Shown here in pieces: positions 39,175 through 48,349 of a DNA stretch of 64,000 nucleotides (the stretch's first letter is position 1; the number at the start of each line of letters is the position of its first letter). The notes beneath the pieces were generated by a model, which worked only from the letters and a program-made list of their open reading frames with translations, searched no databases and was not told where the DNA came from. A program made the position numbers and the translations under genes. Location: contig JBBRLJ010000025.1 in the NCBI GenBank assembly GCA_038231435.1, forward strand, positions 1-64,000. Reading direction: 5' to 3'. The stretch is from Planctomycetota bacterium (GTDB lineage Bacteria > Planctomycetota > UBA11346).

Positions 39175-39339
39175 TCAGGTCATCTTGATGTTGCGGACCT
39201 TGGGCAGATTGAAGATCGAATTCGTGTCCTTGGCCCAGCGGCCATCGGCCTTGAGGCGCTCGATGCGCTCGGCGCGGGAAAGCACGTTGCGATGCTTGCT
39301 GAAGCCACCCTTGCCGACGAACGTTCCGTGAATGCTCAT
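39175..39339 (-). CDS. PVC-superphylum small basic protein (signature protein)
   Basis: 54 aa, MS.H......HRNVL.RAERI..LK...RW......F.LPKV. Confidence 0.85.
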   Translation of the reverse strand: MSIHGTFVGKGGFSKHRNVLSRAERIERLKADGRWAKDTNSIFNLPKVRNIKMT

Positions 39340-39520
39340 GATGACCTCGAATGGGGGGTCGCACAGGATAGGGCGATCGATACGGGCGCAAGTCCCCAGG
39401 GGACAGGCTCCCGAGGCCGGAAACGCCACGCTCGTCAGGCCCCCGAAGACTCAGGAGGCAGTCCGGGACTCGAGCGGAGCTCTCCTCAACGGAGTTCTCC
39501 TCAGGGGAGCGCTCGGAAAG

Positions 39521-40399
39521 CTAGTGGGCGTCGGTGGAGGCGGCGGCCTGGGCCGCCGCCTCGGGCCGCGGGGTGCGCAGACCGATGGCGGGCTGCCGGC
39601 TCGCCTCCTGCATGCGGCCGCGCACGCTGGTCTCGAGATGCTCCTGGATCCAGGTGACCAGGCGCATGACCGGGTTCGCGGGATCCGGCGTGAGCGTGCC
39701 CTTGAGCGTGGCCACCGCCTGGCTCAGTGGCACGTTGCGGTCGTGGTACAGGACGCGGTAGGCGTCGCGCAGGGCGCGGATGTGGTCCTCGCTCCAGCCG
39801 TCGCGGCGCAGCCCGACCTGGTTGACGTTGCGCGGCTCGGCGGGATTGCCCTCGGCGACCATGAAGGGCGGGATGTCGAAACGCACGCCGCTCATCGCGC
39901 CGACGAACGACAGTTCGCCGATCGACGCGAAATGGTGGACGGCGACCATGCCGCTGATGATCGCCTTGCGCCCCACCTGCACGTGCCCGGCAAGTTGCGT
40001 ATTGTTCGCGATCACCACGTGATCGGCCAGGATGCAGTCGTGCGCGACGTGTGCGTAGGCCATGATCAGGCAGTGATCGCCCACCACGGTCTTCATGCCG
40101 CCGCCAGCCGTACCCTTGCTGATGGTGACGAATTCATGGATGCGGCAATCCGAGCCGACGATCGTCTCGCTGTCCTCGCCGCGGAATTTCAGATCCTGAG
40201 GATCCCCGCCGATGACGCAGCCGGGGAAGAGGATGGTGCGCGGGCCGATGGTCGCACGGCCATAGACGCTGACATGGTTGCGCAATTCGGCGCCGGCGGC
40301 GATGGTGACCTTGCCCTGCACGACGCAGAACGGACCGATCGTGGCCTCGGGATGGACGTCCGCCTGCTTGTCGACCACTGCCATCGGATGGATGGGCAT
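39521..40399 (-). CDS. lpxA: Acyl-ACP--UDP-GlcNAc O-acyltransferase
   Basis: Hexapeptide repeats, GG.PQDLKF.GE, AHVAHDC, LAGHV. Confidence 0.93.
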   Translation of the reverse strand: MPIHPMAVVDKQADVHPEATIGPFCVVQGKVTIAAGAELRNHVSVYGRATIGPRTILFPGCVIGGDPQDLKFRGEDSETIVGSDCRIHEFVTISKGTAGGGMKTVVGDHCLIMAYAHVAHDCILADHVVIANNTQLAGHVQVGRKAIISGMVAVHHFASIGELSFVGAMSGVRFDIPPFMVAEGNPAEPRNVNQVGLRRDGWSEDHIRALRDAYRVLYHDRNVPLSQAVATLKGTLTPDPANPVMRLVTWIQEHLETSVRGRMQEASRQPAIGLRTPRPEAAAQAAASTDAH

Positions 40400-40505
40400 G
40401 GGCTCCCTTCGCTGGTGCCTATGGGCGAGAACGATAGGCGTATGATCCACCACGGTCAAGCTGGTTAATTCATTGTGTGACATCGAATTCAGGTAGTTTG
40501 GCATC

Positions 40506-41336
40506 GTGCTCGACCGCGCTGCAATCATATCCGCACCGGGCGTTTACTATGTTAACACCACCTCCACCCTCGCTCATCCAGTGTTCGGCCTAACCGAGGA
40601 TCGCGAACGTTTCCTCACGCTCCTCGAGAGCGTCAGGGCAGTGTTCGATGCACGCATCTTCGCGTACGTGCTCACCCGCACCGATGTGCATCTGATCGTC
40701 CATCAGCGCGACGAATCCAATGAAGCCGACAGCGTCCTGCGCGCCCGCTGGCGTCGACTCGGCGCCAGGGCTCTGCCCACCGCCGCGCGCCTGCGCGCAC
40801 GCTTCTGCTCGCTCGGCGGATTCATGCAGACGCTGCTGCAGCGGTTCAGCCGTGAATGGAACCAGCGTCATCGCTCGCGTGGCCGCATCTGGGCGTCGCG
40901 CTTCCGTTCGGCGCTGCTCGCCGACGACCGCGCCCTGCTCGCCGCGACCGGCTGGCTCGAACATGAACTCGGTGGCGCCACCGAGTCGACCTCGAGCCGC
41001 GGGATGCGGTCGATCCGCGAAGCGCGCGTGAACCTCGCGCCGCCGCCGCTGCGCATCGGCCCGGGCGAGCACATGTTTCCCACCGACGAGTCTCCGCCCG
41101 GCTGCTCGCCGCCGATGTCGCGCGACCACGACCAGTGGCTCGAGCGTTTCGCCACCGCAGTCTCGACAGAGGCGCGTGCGGCGCATGGCCGGGCGTTGCG
41201 TTCGGGCTGGGCGCTCGGCCGTCCCGAAAGCCTCGCCTCGGTACTGACGCGGCTGACGCGCGGCGGCGGACGTGGGCGCGGACGCAAGCTGCGCGAACTC
41301 GACGACGAGTTGGGACTCTGCGGAGTCTGGGGATGA
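40506..41336 (+). CDS. Y1 (IS200/RAYT-like) HUH transposase-derived protein, catalytic residues apparently lost
   Basis: AYVLTRTDVHLIV, FMQTLLQRFSREWNQRH..RG.IW..RF.S, GWALG; GTG start. Confidence 0.65.
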   Translation: MLDRAAIISAPGVYYVNTTSTLAHPVFGLTEDRERFLTLLESVRAVFDARIFAYVLTRTDVHLIVHQRDESNEADSVLRARWRRLGARALPTAARLRARFCSLGGFMQTLLQRFSREWNQRHRSRGRIWASRFRSALLADDRALLAATGWLEHELGGATESTSSRGMRSIREARVNLAPPPLRIGPGEHMFPTDESPPGCSPPMSRDHDQWLERFATAVSTEARAAHGRALRSGWALGRPESLASVLTRLTRGGGRGRGRKLRELDDELGLCGVWG

Positions 41337-41357
41337 GCACGCTAAGACGGACGGCGT

Positions 41358-42371
41358 ATGTCTGACACCGTGTCGTTTACCGAGATTTCGGGACATTGCC
41401 GCGCCGAGGGCCTGACCGCTCTCGCGGTCATCGCGCCGCCTGCTGGGCTCGATCCCGCCGGACTCGACCAGATGCTCGCCGATGGCGTGGGGGACATGCG
41501 CTACCTCGAGGAGCACCGCGATCTCCGTTTGGATCCAGTCGGCTTGATGCCCACCGCCATCCGCATCGTCGCCGTCGCGCTCGCCTATTCGCCGAATCGC
41601 GACTCGCCGGATCGTGACGCGGCGTCGTATGCATCGCCTCTGGTGCGTGCGCGCTACGCCGCGGGCAAGGACTACCATCAGTTGCTGCGCGGCAAGCTCG
41701 CGCGCGTCGGCGACGCCATCAACCGCGCGCGCGATGCGCATTGGCGGCACCGTGCTGTCGCGGATTCCGCGCCACTGAATGAACGCACCCTCGCGCGCAT
41801 CGCGGGGCTGGGCTGGATCGGGCGCAATGCGCTGCTGATCGCGCCCGATGCCGGCAGCTATCGCTTCCTCGGCTTCCTGCTCAGCGAAGCGCCGCTCGAA
41901 ACTCGCACAGGATCCGCGGGCGCGGATCGCTGCGGCACCTGCACCGCGTGCGAGAAGCGGTGCCCCACCGCCGCGCTGGTCGGACGCCGCGTGATCTCGG
42001 AACGTTGCATCAGCTACCTCACCATCGAGCACCACGGCGTGATCCCGAAGCATCTCGCCGAACGCTTCGAGGGGTGGTGGTTCGGCTGCGATCTCTGCCA
42101 GGAGGTCTGCCCGTGGAACCGCTTCGCTACGGCCGCGGCCGATCCCAGACTGACCGGCGGCGACGGCGACGCGGCGCTGCTCGCAGTAGGACCAGACTCC
42201 TTCGACCAGGTGTTCGCGGGCCGGGCGGTGCGGCGGATCGGCTACGAACGCTTCCGGCGCAACCTGCTGGTAGCCCTGCTGAGCCTGGGGCGGCGCGACG
42301 AGGCCCTGGCCATCCTCAGCGAAGGCCTGCCCTTGGTGCGGGCCCAGGCGCAAGAATTGTCGCTATCGTAA
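41358..42371 (+). CDS. queG: tRNA epoxyqueuosine(34) reductase
   Basis: ARYA.GKDYH, DSAP..ER, CGTCTAC..CPT.A, CISYLTIE, GCD.CQ.VCPWN. Confidence 0.93.
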   Translation: MSDTVSFTEISGHCRAEGLTALAVIAPPAGLDPAGLDQMLADGVGDMRYLEEHRDLRLDPVGLMPTAIRIVAVALAYSPNRDSPDRDAASYASPLVRARYAAGKDYHQLLRGKLARVGDAINRARDAHWRHRAVADSAPLNERTLARIAGLGWIGRNALLIAPDAGSYRFLGFLLSEAPLETRTGSAGADRCGTCTACEKRCPTAALVGRRVISERCISYLTIEHHGVIPKHLAERFEGWWFGCDLCQEVCPWNRFATAAADPRLTGGDGDAALLAVGPDSFDQVFAGRAVRRIGYERFRRNLLVALLSLGRRDEALAILSEGLPLVRAQAQELSLS

Positions 42372-42408
42372 CGGTTGTTCCCTTCGCGTTCCCGGCCACA
42401 ATCCATCC

Positions 42409-42609
42409 ATGCAGGTGCGAGTGAACGACCAGGAGGTAGAGCTGCCGGAGCGGTGCACCGTTCTCAAGCTCTTGGAGCACTTGGCGTTACCATCGACCCG
42501 AGTGGCGGTCGAGGTCAATCGTGAGATCGTGCGCCGCGCCGAGCATCCGGTGCGAGCCCTGTGCCCCGGCGATCAGGTAGAGGTCGTGACCCTGGTGGGC
42601 GGAGGCTAG
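42409..42609 (+). CDS. thiS: Sulfur carrier protein ThiS
   Basis: VAVEVN.EIV...GD.VEVVTLVGGG C-terminus. Confidence 0.92.
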   Translation: MQVRVNDQEVELPERCTVLKLLEHLALPSTRVAVEVNREIVRRAEHPVRALCPGDQVEVVTLVGGG

Positions 42610-42674
42610 CCAATGACGTACGTTTCCTCTTCCCCTGTCTGGTCCGCCGTGACCGACGCGTCTTGATAGCAGGT

Positions 42675-43211
42675 ATGAACCGGGATTCCCAACTGATCCA
42701 ACGCCTGGTCGACGGGCTGCTCGCCCCGCATGAGGCCGACGCCGTCGAGCGGTCCCTCACTGATCGTGGGGCGCTCGCCGATCTGCAGGCCGCCCGCGGC
42801 CTCCACCAGCTCCTGTCGATGCAGGCGCATCCGCTCTCCGCCGACGAGCATCACGCGCTGATGGCGCGCATGATCGAGCATCTCCCGCGCGCGCTGCCGC
42901 AGAGCTATGCGAAGTTCAGACCGGTCGATCTCGTGCTCGCCTGCGCGGCGATCTGCCTGATCTCGGTCTCGTTCGGCGCCGTCGGCAGCTTCATGCACGG
43001 CAGCGTCGTGCTGGTCACGATCGCGTGCATCAGCGTGGTCAGCGGCTGTGCGCTGGTGGTGCTCGCGGGCATGCTCCGCCGCGCCGAAGCCGGCTTGATG
43101 CGGCATGTGCTGCGCCGTCCGGTCACCGTGGGGCCATCGGACCTGCTGGTCTACCGCGCTGTCGGCATCGGCATGGCGCTCGGCGGCATGTACCTCGCTC
43201 ACGCTTCGTGA
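42675..43211 (+). CDS. Hypothetical membrane protein (anti-sigma-like N-terminus)
   Basis: LIQRLVDG.L...EA..VE N-terminus, three hydrophobic segments. Confidence 0.55.
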   Translation: MNRDSQLIQRLVDGLLAPHEADAVERSLTDRGALADLQAARGLHQLLSMQAHPLSADEHHALMARMIEHLPRALPQSYAKFRPVDLVLACAAICLISVSFGAVGSFMHGSVVLVTIACISVVSGCALVVLAGMLRRAEAGLMRHVLRRPVTVGPSDLLVYRAVGIGMALGGMYLAHAS

Positions 43212-43216
43212 TCATT

Positions 43217-43521
43217 CAGGGGCTCCGCCCCTACGGCGCTGCGCGCCTACCCCTCGGGCTTTGTCGTGGCTCGTTTTCGCCGTGCCGGCGAAAACGTGGG
43301 CGGATGGCCTGCGGCCATTGTATCCGCCCACCGCCACTCGGCGCCCGCCCCTTCGCGGGGCGATGGGGCCCCCGGCCAGAATGTTTCATGCAGGGGCTCC
43401 GCCCCTACGGCGCTGCGCGCCTACCCCACGGGCTTTGTCGTGGCTCGTTTTCGCCGTGCCGGCGAAAACGTGGGCGGATGGCCTGCGGCCATTGTATCCG
43501 CCCACCGCTACTCGGCGCCCG
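43217..43521. repeat. Tandem duplication of a 131-bp multi-hairpin unit (period 174 bp)
   Basis: 43217-43347 and 43391-43521 differ at two positions. Confidence 0.95.
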
Positions 43522-43687
43522 GTCGCTTCGCTCCGGTGGAACCGGGCGATTCGAGGGGACAGAGGGCGTCTGCCGTCCTTCTAGCCTTCCCACGTTCCGA
43601 CCTTCCGGCCGTCCCCCTTCACGCCTCATCCTCCCTCCCTCCATCATTCCATCTTGATGGATCGATGGATCCAGCCATCATGGAGCC

Positions 43688-44569
43688 ATGCGTCTAGATC
43701 GGCTCTTCGAACAACGTGCCCGCACCTTGTCGTTCGAATTCTTCCCGCCGAAGAACGACCGCGGCTGGCACACCCTCGAGGACACCATCGATCAGCTGGT
43801 GCCGCTCGGTCCCGACTTCGTCTCGGTCACCTACGGCGCCGGCGGCGGTACGCGCGCCAAGACGCGCGAAGTGGTTGAGCACATCCAGGCGAAGACCGGC
43901 GTCACCGCGATGGCGCACCTGACCTGCGTGAACGCCACCAAGACCGAGCTGCGCGCGCTGTTCGACGAATACCACCAGGCCGGGATCGAGAACCTGCTCG
44001 CGCTGCGCGGCGACCCGCCGAAAGGCGAAGCGCGCTTCACGCCGACCGATGGCGGCTGCGCCTACGCCGCCGATCTGATCGATCTGATCGCTGGCGATGG
44101 CCGGTTCGCGACGGTATGCGCGGCCTTTCCCGAGGGCCATCCCGACAATCCCAGCCGCACCGGCAACTGGGACCACCTAGCCACCAAGCTCGCCAAGGGC
44201 GCGACGGCCGCGATCACGCAATGCTTCTTCGACGCCTCCCCGTACGTCGAGCACGTGGATTATCTCGCCAAGAAGCTCGGTGTGCGGCCGCGCATCATCC
44301 CCGGCATCCTGCCGATCGTCGACTTCCATGCCCTCGAACGCTTCTGCGCGCGCTGCGGTGCGTCGGTGCCGGCATCGGTGCGCGATCGCCTGGCCCCTCT
44401 GGCTGATGATCCCATTGCGGTGCGCAAGGCCGGCATCGCGTACACCGTCGATTTCTGCAAGCAGCTGCTCGCGCTCGGCGCGCCAGGGCTGCATATCTAC
44501 GCATTGAACCGCTCGACGGCGACGGCGGAGATCGTCACCGCGTTGAGGATTGCCGGAGTATTGGAATAG
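43688..44569 (+). CDS. metF: Methylenetetrahydrofolate reductase
   Basis: SFEFFPPK, FVSVTYGAGG, HLTC, LALRGDPP, AFPEGHP, H.Y.LNR. Confidence 0.95.
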   Translation: MRLDRLFEQRARTLSFEFFPPKNDRGWHTLEDTIDQLVPLGPDFVSVTYGAGGGTRAKTREVVEHIQAKTGVTAMAHLTCVNATKTELRALFDEYHQAGIENLLALRGDPPKGEARFTPTDGGCAYAADLIDLIAGDGRFATVCAAFPEGHPDNPSRTGNWDHLATKLAKGATAAITQCFFDASPYVEHVDYLAKKLGVRPRIIPGILPIVDFHALERFCARCGASVPASVRDRLAPLADDPIAVRKAGIAYTVDFCKQLLALGAPGLHIYALNRSTATAEIVTALRIAGVLE

Positions 44570-44782
44570 CGGAGCAGGGGAAGGTTGAAGAGGAAAGATC
44601 GAAGACAAAAGTGGGAAGAAGGAAAGCAGAGGGCATCGAGGCTCGACATGGATGATGGCACTGACGCTGAACAACGACTGTTGTCGCCGCCCTGATCCCA
44701 CGATTCGAGCCTTCGAGCTCTCTTACCTTCGCGCCTTCTAGCCTTCCCCCTTCGCGCCTCAAAGCCTCAATGCCTCCTCATG

Positions 44783-45394
44783 CTATTTCTCCGCGAACGT
44801 CCCGCCTGCCTTCACCTGGAGATGCGGACCCGCCAGTGTGACGGCTACCGCCATCTCCTGACCCACGCGGCAATGCACGCGGCCCACGTACCAGCGCTGA
44901 TCGCCGATCGTGGTGCTGATGTCGACGTCGCAGTCCGCAGGCAGCGGTGACTCGAATCGGTTCTCACCGACGTCCAGGCGCTTGACCACGATGGGCTCGG
45001 TGCCGCCGACCGGAATCGCGATCAGGGAGATCGGATACGCATCGCTATTGCTCGAACCAGAGAGGTTAAAGCTTCCTCCACCGCCACCGCCACCGCCGCC
45101 GCCGCCGCCGCACGCAGCGGCGACGATTATGATCGCCACCACCACGACCACCGCGACGCCGACCGCAACCGCTTCACCCTGTCGCCGACCGGGATGCTCG
45201 AAGTCTTCGAGCTTCCTCAACAGATCGACATGCTGCTGGATGAACGCCGCGTGCTCGCGCGCGTAGTCCTGGTCGAGCGTCACCGTCCATGCCACCGGGG
45301 CGGTCGGCGGCGCCAGCGGCCGCGAGCCGCAGCCCGCGGCGAGCATCGGGACGAGGGCCAGGCACAGGCAGGAACGCGGGGATATCAACGGCAT
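44783..45394 (-). CDS. Hypothetical lipoprotein with internal TM segment and poly-Gly tract
   Basis: Lipobox LAAGC; hydrophobic stretch followed by a Gly run. Confidence 0.5.
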   Translation of the reverse strand: MPLISPRSCLCLALVPMLAAGCGSRPLAPPTAPVAWTVTLDQDYAREHAAFIQQHVDLLRKLEDFEHPGRRQGEAVAVGVAVVVVVAIIIVAAACGGGGGGGGGGGGSFNLSGSSNSDAYPISLIAIPVGGTEPIVVKRLDVGENRFESPLPADCDVDISTTIGDQRWYVGRVHCRVGQEMAVAVTLAGPHLQVKAGGTFAEK

Positions 45395-45458
45395 CGCAGG
45401 CTCCTTGGTGAGAGTCGGCGATATGTTAACGATTGTTACTTATAAGGCAAGGCCGCGA

Positions 45459-46283
45459 TCACTCGCCGGGGACACTGCCGGTCGCGTGCGCGCTGCCCGC
45501 GATCAGTCCACTGGTCGGCGAACTCGCGTTCGCGTACAGGCGCTTCTCGATGCGACCCGCTCCCGCGGCCCAGTAACCGGCCTCGAGCGCGTGCTTCATC
45601 GCGCGCGCCATGCGCACCGGATCCTTGGCGCCGGCGATGCCGGTGTTCAACAGCACGCCCGAGGCCCCGAGTTCCATCGCGATGGCCACGTCCGACGCCG
45701 TGCCCACGCCAGCATCGATGATGATCGGCACGGTCGCGCGCTCGAGGATGATGCGCATGTTGTTCGCGTTCAGGATCCCCTGCCCGCTGCCGATCGGCGC
45801 ACCCGCTGGCATCACCGCCGCTGCTCCCGCCGACTGCAATTCCAGCGCCAGCACCGGATCGTCACTGGTGTAGACCAGCACCGTGAAGCCCTCGGCGGCG
45901 AGCACGCGTGTCGCTTCGAGCGTCTGCGTCGGATGCGGCAGCAGCGTCTTCTGGTCGGCGAGCACCTCGAGCTTGACCATGTCCGAGATCCCGAGCTCGC
46001 GCCCCAGCCGCGCCGTGCGCAGCGCATCCTCGACCGTGAAGCAGCCGGCGGTGTTGGGTAGCAGCTGGTATTCAGGACCGATGTGATCGAGCAGACTGCC
46101 ACCATTCGCCTGGCCGCGGGCGGCAAGGTTCGCGCGGCGGACGGCGACGGTCACCACATCCGCGCCGGATTCCTTCAGCGCCAGCTTCATGGTCTCGTTG
46201 TCGGAGTATTTACCGGTGCCGACGAGAAGGCGGCTTGCGAAGGTGTAAGGACCGACTCGGAGGGGCGGGATTTGCGGGGGCAT
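45459..46283 (-). CDS. thiG: Thiazole synthase
   Basis: SRL..GTGKY, LPNTAGC, KLEV, PIGSGQG, DAGVG..SD. Confidence 0.95.
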   Translation of the reverse strand: MPPQIPPLRVGPYTFASRLLVGTGKYSDNETMKLALKESGADVVTVAVRRANLAARGQANGGSLLDHIGPEYQLLPNTAGCFTVEDALRTARLGRELGISDMVKLEVLADQKTLLPHPTQTLEATRVLAAEGFTVLVYTSDDPVLALELQSAGAAAVMPAGAPIGSGQGILNANNMRIILERATVPIIIDAGVGTASDVAIAMELGASGVLLNTGIAGAKDPVRMARAMKHALEAGYWAAGAGRIEKRLYANASSPTSGLIAGSAHATGSVPGE

Positions 46284-46329
46284 GGATGTGTTTTAGGGGG
46301 GCGGGGGGAGAGGACAGCGGAGAAGTTGG

Positions 46330-46470
46330 GAAGAGGGAAGAGGGAAGAGGGAAGAGGGAAGAGATAAGGCGCGTTCTTGTGGGGCTCTGCTCGGGAGCGC
46401 GATCGTAGCGGACGTGCTCGCAGTCCTTCGAACCTTCGTACTTTCTACCTTCCTTACTTCGAGCCTTCTC
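46330..46470 (+). repeat. (GAAGAGG)n plus shared core plus octamer array; apparent empty version of the 14365-15470 locus
   Basis: Left part matches 14365-14452; right part resembles 15411-15470. Confidence 0.75.
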
Positions 46471-46636
46471 CATTCGAGCGACGCAGCCAGACACCAGGGA
46501 AAGCCCGAAGGTGAGAAGGTGAGAATGCGAGAAGGCTAGAATGCTAGCAGGAGAACCCCCGCGCCATCCGCTGTCCTCGAGCCTGCTCACCCACTTACCT
46601 TCTCACCTGCGAGTCCTCCCCCTCCGAGGCCCGTCC

Positions 46637-48349
46637 TTACGCCTTGAACAGCGCCGCCGGACTCTTCCCCAACAACACCGCCGCCGCGGCCAACGTCGCG
46701 GTCAAGAACAGCATCGCCCACGTCGCGAACGCGCACGCGATCGCCGGGCCCGGTCCCAAGACGTTCACCAGGTCGTAGATCACCCGTGTGATCGGCCAGT
46801 ACTCGCGTTTCTGCGCGAGGATCAGCGAGTCCGAGACCTCGAGCATCGACAGGCTGAATACCATCAGCCCGCCAGCGGCCAGGCTGCCGGCGATCAGCGG
46901 CAGGGTGATGCGGCGCAGACGCGTCCAGCGGTTGGCGCCGAGCGCGGCGGCGGCTTCCTCGAAGACCACTGGCGCCTGGCTCAGACCCGACGACGCGGCG
47001 CGCACCACGAACGGCAGCCGGCGCACGGCGTAGGCGATGATCAGTAGCGCGGTGGGATTCTTGTAGGGATCGATCATCGCGCGCAGGCGCGGATCGATCT
47101 GGCCGAGCGCGAAGCCCAGGCCGATATAGCCGAAGGCGAAGATGATCCCAGGTACCGCGAGCGGCACCATCGCCGCGATGTCCAGCACTTGCCAGCCGGC
47201 GGGCTTCCAGCGCACGCCGGCCCAGGCGATGAAGGTGCCGATGCCCAGGCCGAGCAGGGTCGCGGCCGCGGCGTAGCTGACGCTGTTGATGATGCCCGGC
47301 ACCACGTTCTCGTTCGACAGCGCATCGCGCGCGTGCGCGAGCGTCCAGCCGTGCGGCAACACGGTGTGGTACCAGTCGCGCGACAGGCCGCTGAGCATCA
47401 CCGTCAGGTGCGGCAGCATCGCCACGACGATCAGCGCGAGGTAGGGCAGCCAGGCGACCAGCGCGCGCCGGCCGCGCAGCGTGATGGCGTCTGCACCCAT
47501 CCCGCCCGCGCCCGCGCCGCGCGCGGCGACGGCGTCGTAGCGGCCGGCGAAGGCGAGCCGCGAGAGCCCGTAGAGCGCCAGCGCGATCCCCAGCATCACC
47601 ACCACCAGCGCGTAGGGCAGGCGGTTCTTCTCGATGTCCGCCATCGAGGCGAATATCTGCACCGGGGTGACGCGGTCGTAGCCGAGCATCAGCGGCGTGC
47701 CGAGTTCGGTGAAGCTCCACACGAAGACGATGATGCCGCCGCCGAAGAGTGCGGGCCGTACCAGCGGCAGCACCACGCGGCGGAACACCGTCCATGGCGA
47801 GGCGCCGAGATTGCGCGCGGCCTCGATCAGCGCCGGATCCAGGCGCGCGAACGAAGTGGTCAGCAGCAGGTACAGGATCGGGTACAGGCCGAGCGATTCG
47901 ACGCCGCACACCACCGCGAAGCGGTGATCGCCTAGCCAATCGGGACCGAGGCCCGGCGCGCACCAGCCGACGCGCTCGAGCAGCGTGTTCACCACACCGT
48001 ATTGGCCGAGGATCTGGTAGACGCCGAGCGCGCCGACGAAAGGCGGAAGCACCAGCGGCGCGAGCAGCAGCGCCTCGGCGAGACCCTTGCCGGCGAAACG
48101 GCGGCGCGCGCCGAACCACGCCAGCGGCACGGTGAACGACAGCGTCGCGGCGGTGGTGACCAGGGCGATGGTGAGCGCGTTCAGCAGCCCCTGGCGGTAC
48201 ACGGGATTGGCGAACACCTCGATCAGGTAGCTGGCCTTCAGACCGCTGCCCATGGCGATCGCCAGCGGCGCGACCAGGAACACCGCGAGGAACAGCGCGA
48301 CCGCGCCATAGGCGATCCAGCCGGCGATGGGGACGCGGCGCGCGTTCAT
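46637..48349 (-). CDS. ABC transporter permease (FbpB/ThiP-like, duplicated domain)
   Basis: Two EAA loops: EAARNLGAS and EEAAAALGA. Confidence 0.9.
   Translation of the reverse strand: MNARRVPIAGWIAYGAVALFLAVFLVAPLAIAMGSGLKASYLIEVFANPVYRQGLLNALTIALVTTAATLSFTVPLAWFGARRRFAGKGLAEALLLAPLVLPPFVGALGVYQILGQYGVVNTLLERVGWCAPGLGPDWLGDHRFAVVCGVESLGLYPILYLLLTTSFARLDPALIEAARNLGASPWTVFRRVVLPLVRPALFGGGIIVFVWSFTELGTPLMLGYDRVTPVQIFASMADIEKNRLPYALVVVMLGIALALYGLSRLAFAGRYDAVAARGAGAGGMGADAITLRGRRALVAWLPYLALIVVAMLPHLTVMLSGLSRDWYHTVLPHGWTLAHARDALSNENVVPGIINSVSYAAAATLLGLGIGTFIAWAGVRWKPAGWQVLDIAAMVPLAVPGIIFAFGYIGLGFALGQIDPRLRAMIDPYKNPTALLIIAYAVRRLPFVVRAASSGLSQAPVVFEEAAAALGANRWTRLRRITLPLIAGSLAAGGLMVFSLSMLEVSDSLILAQKREYWPITRVIYDLVNVLGPGPAIACAFATWAMLFLTATLAAAAVLLGKSPAALFKA

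Noticed and set aside
40506..41336. Active IS200/IS605 element
   Set aside because: HUH and catalytic Tyr appear substituted; no tnpB and no evident terminal hairpins
43217..43521. CRISPR or known SAM/SAH riboswitch upstream of metF
   Set aside because: Only two 131-bp units, and I could not match the consensus of known methionine-related riboswitches by eye
46284..46636. TPP riboswitch upstream of thiG
   Set aside because: No convincing CTGAGA...ACCTGA core; the region is explained by the repeat scaffold
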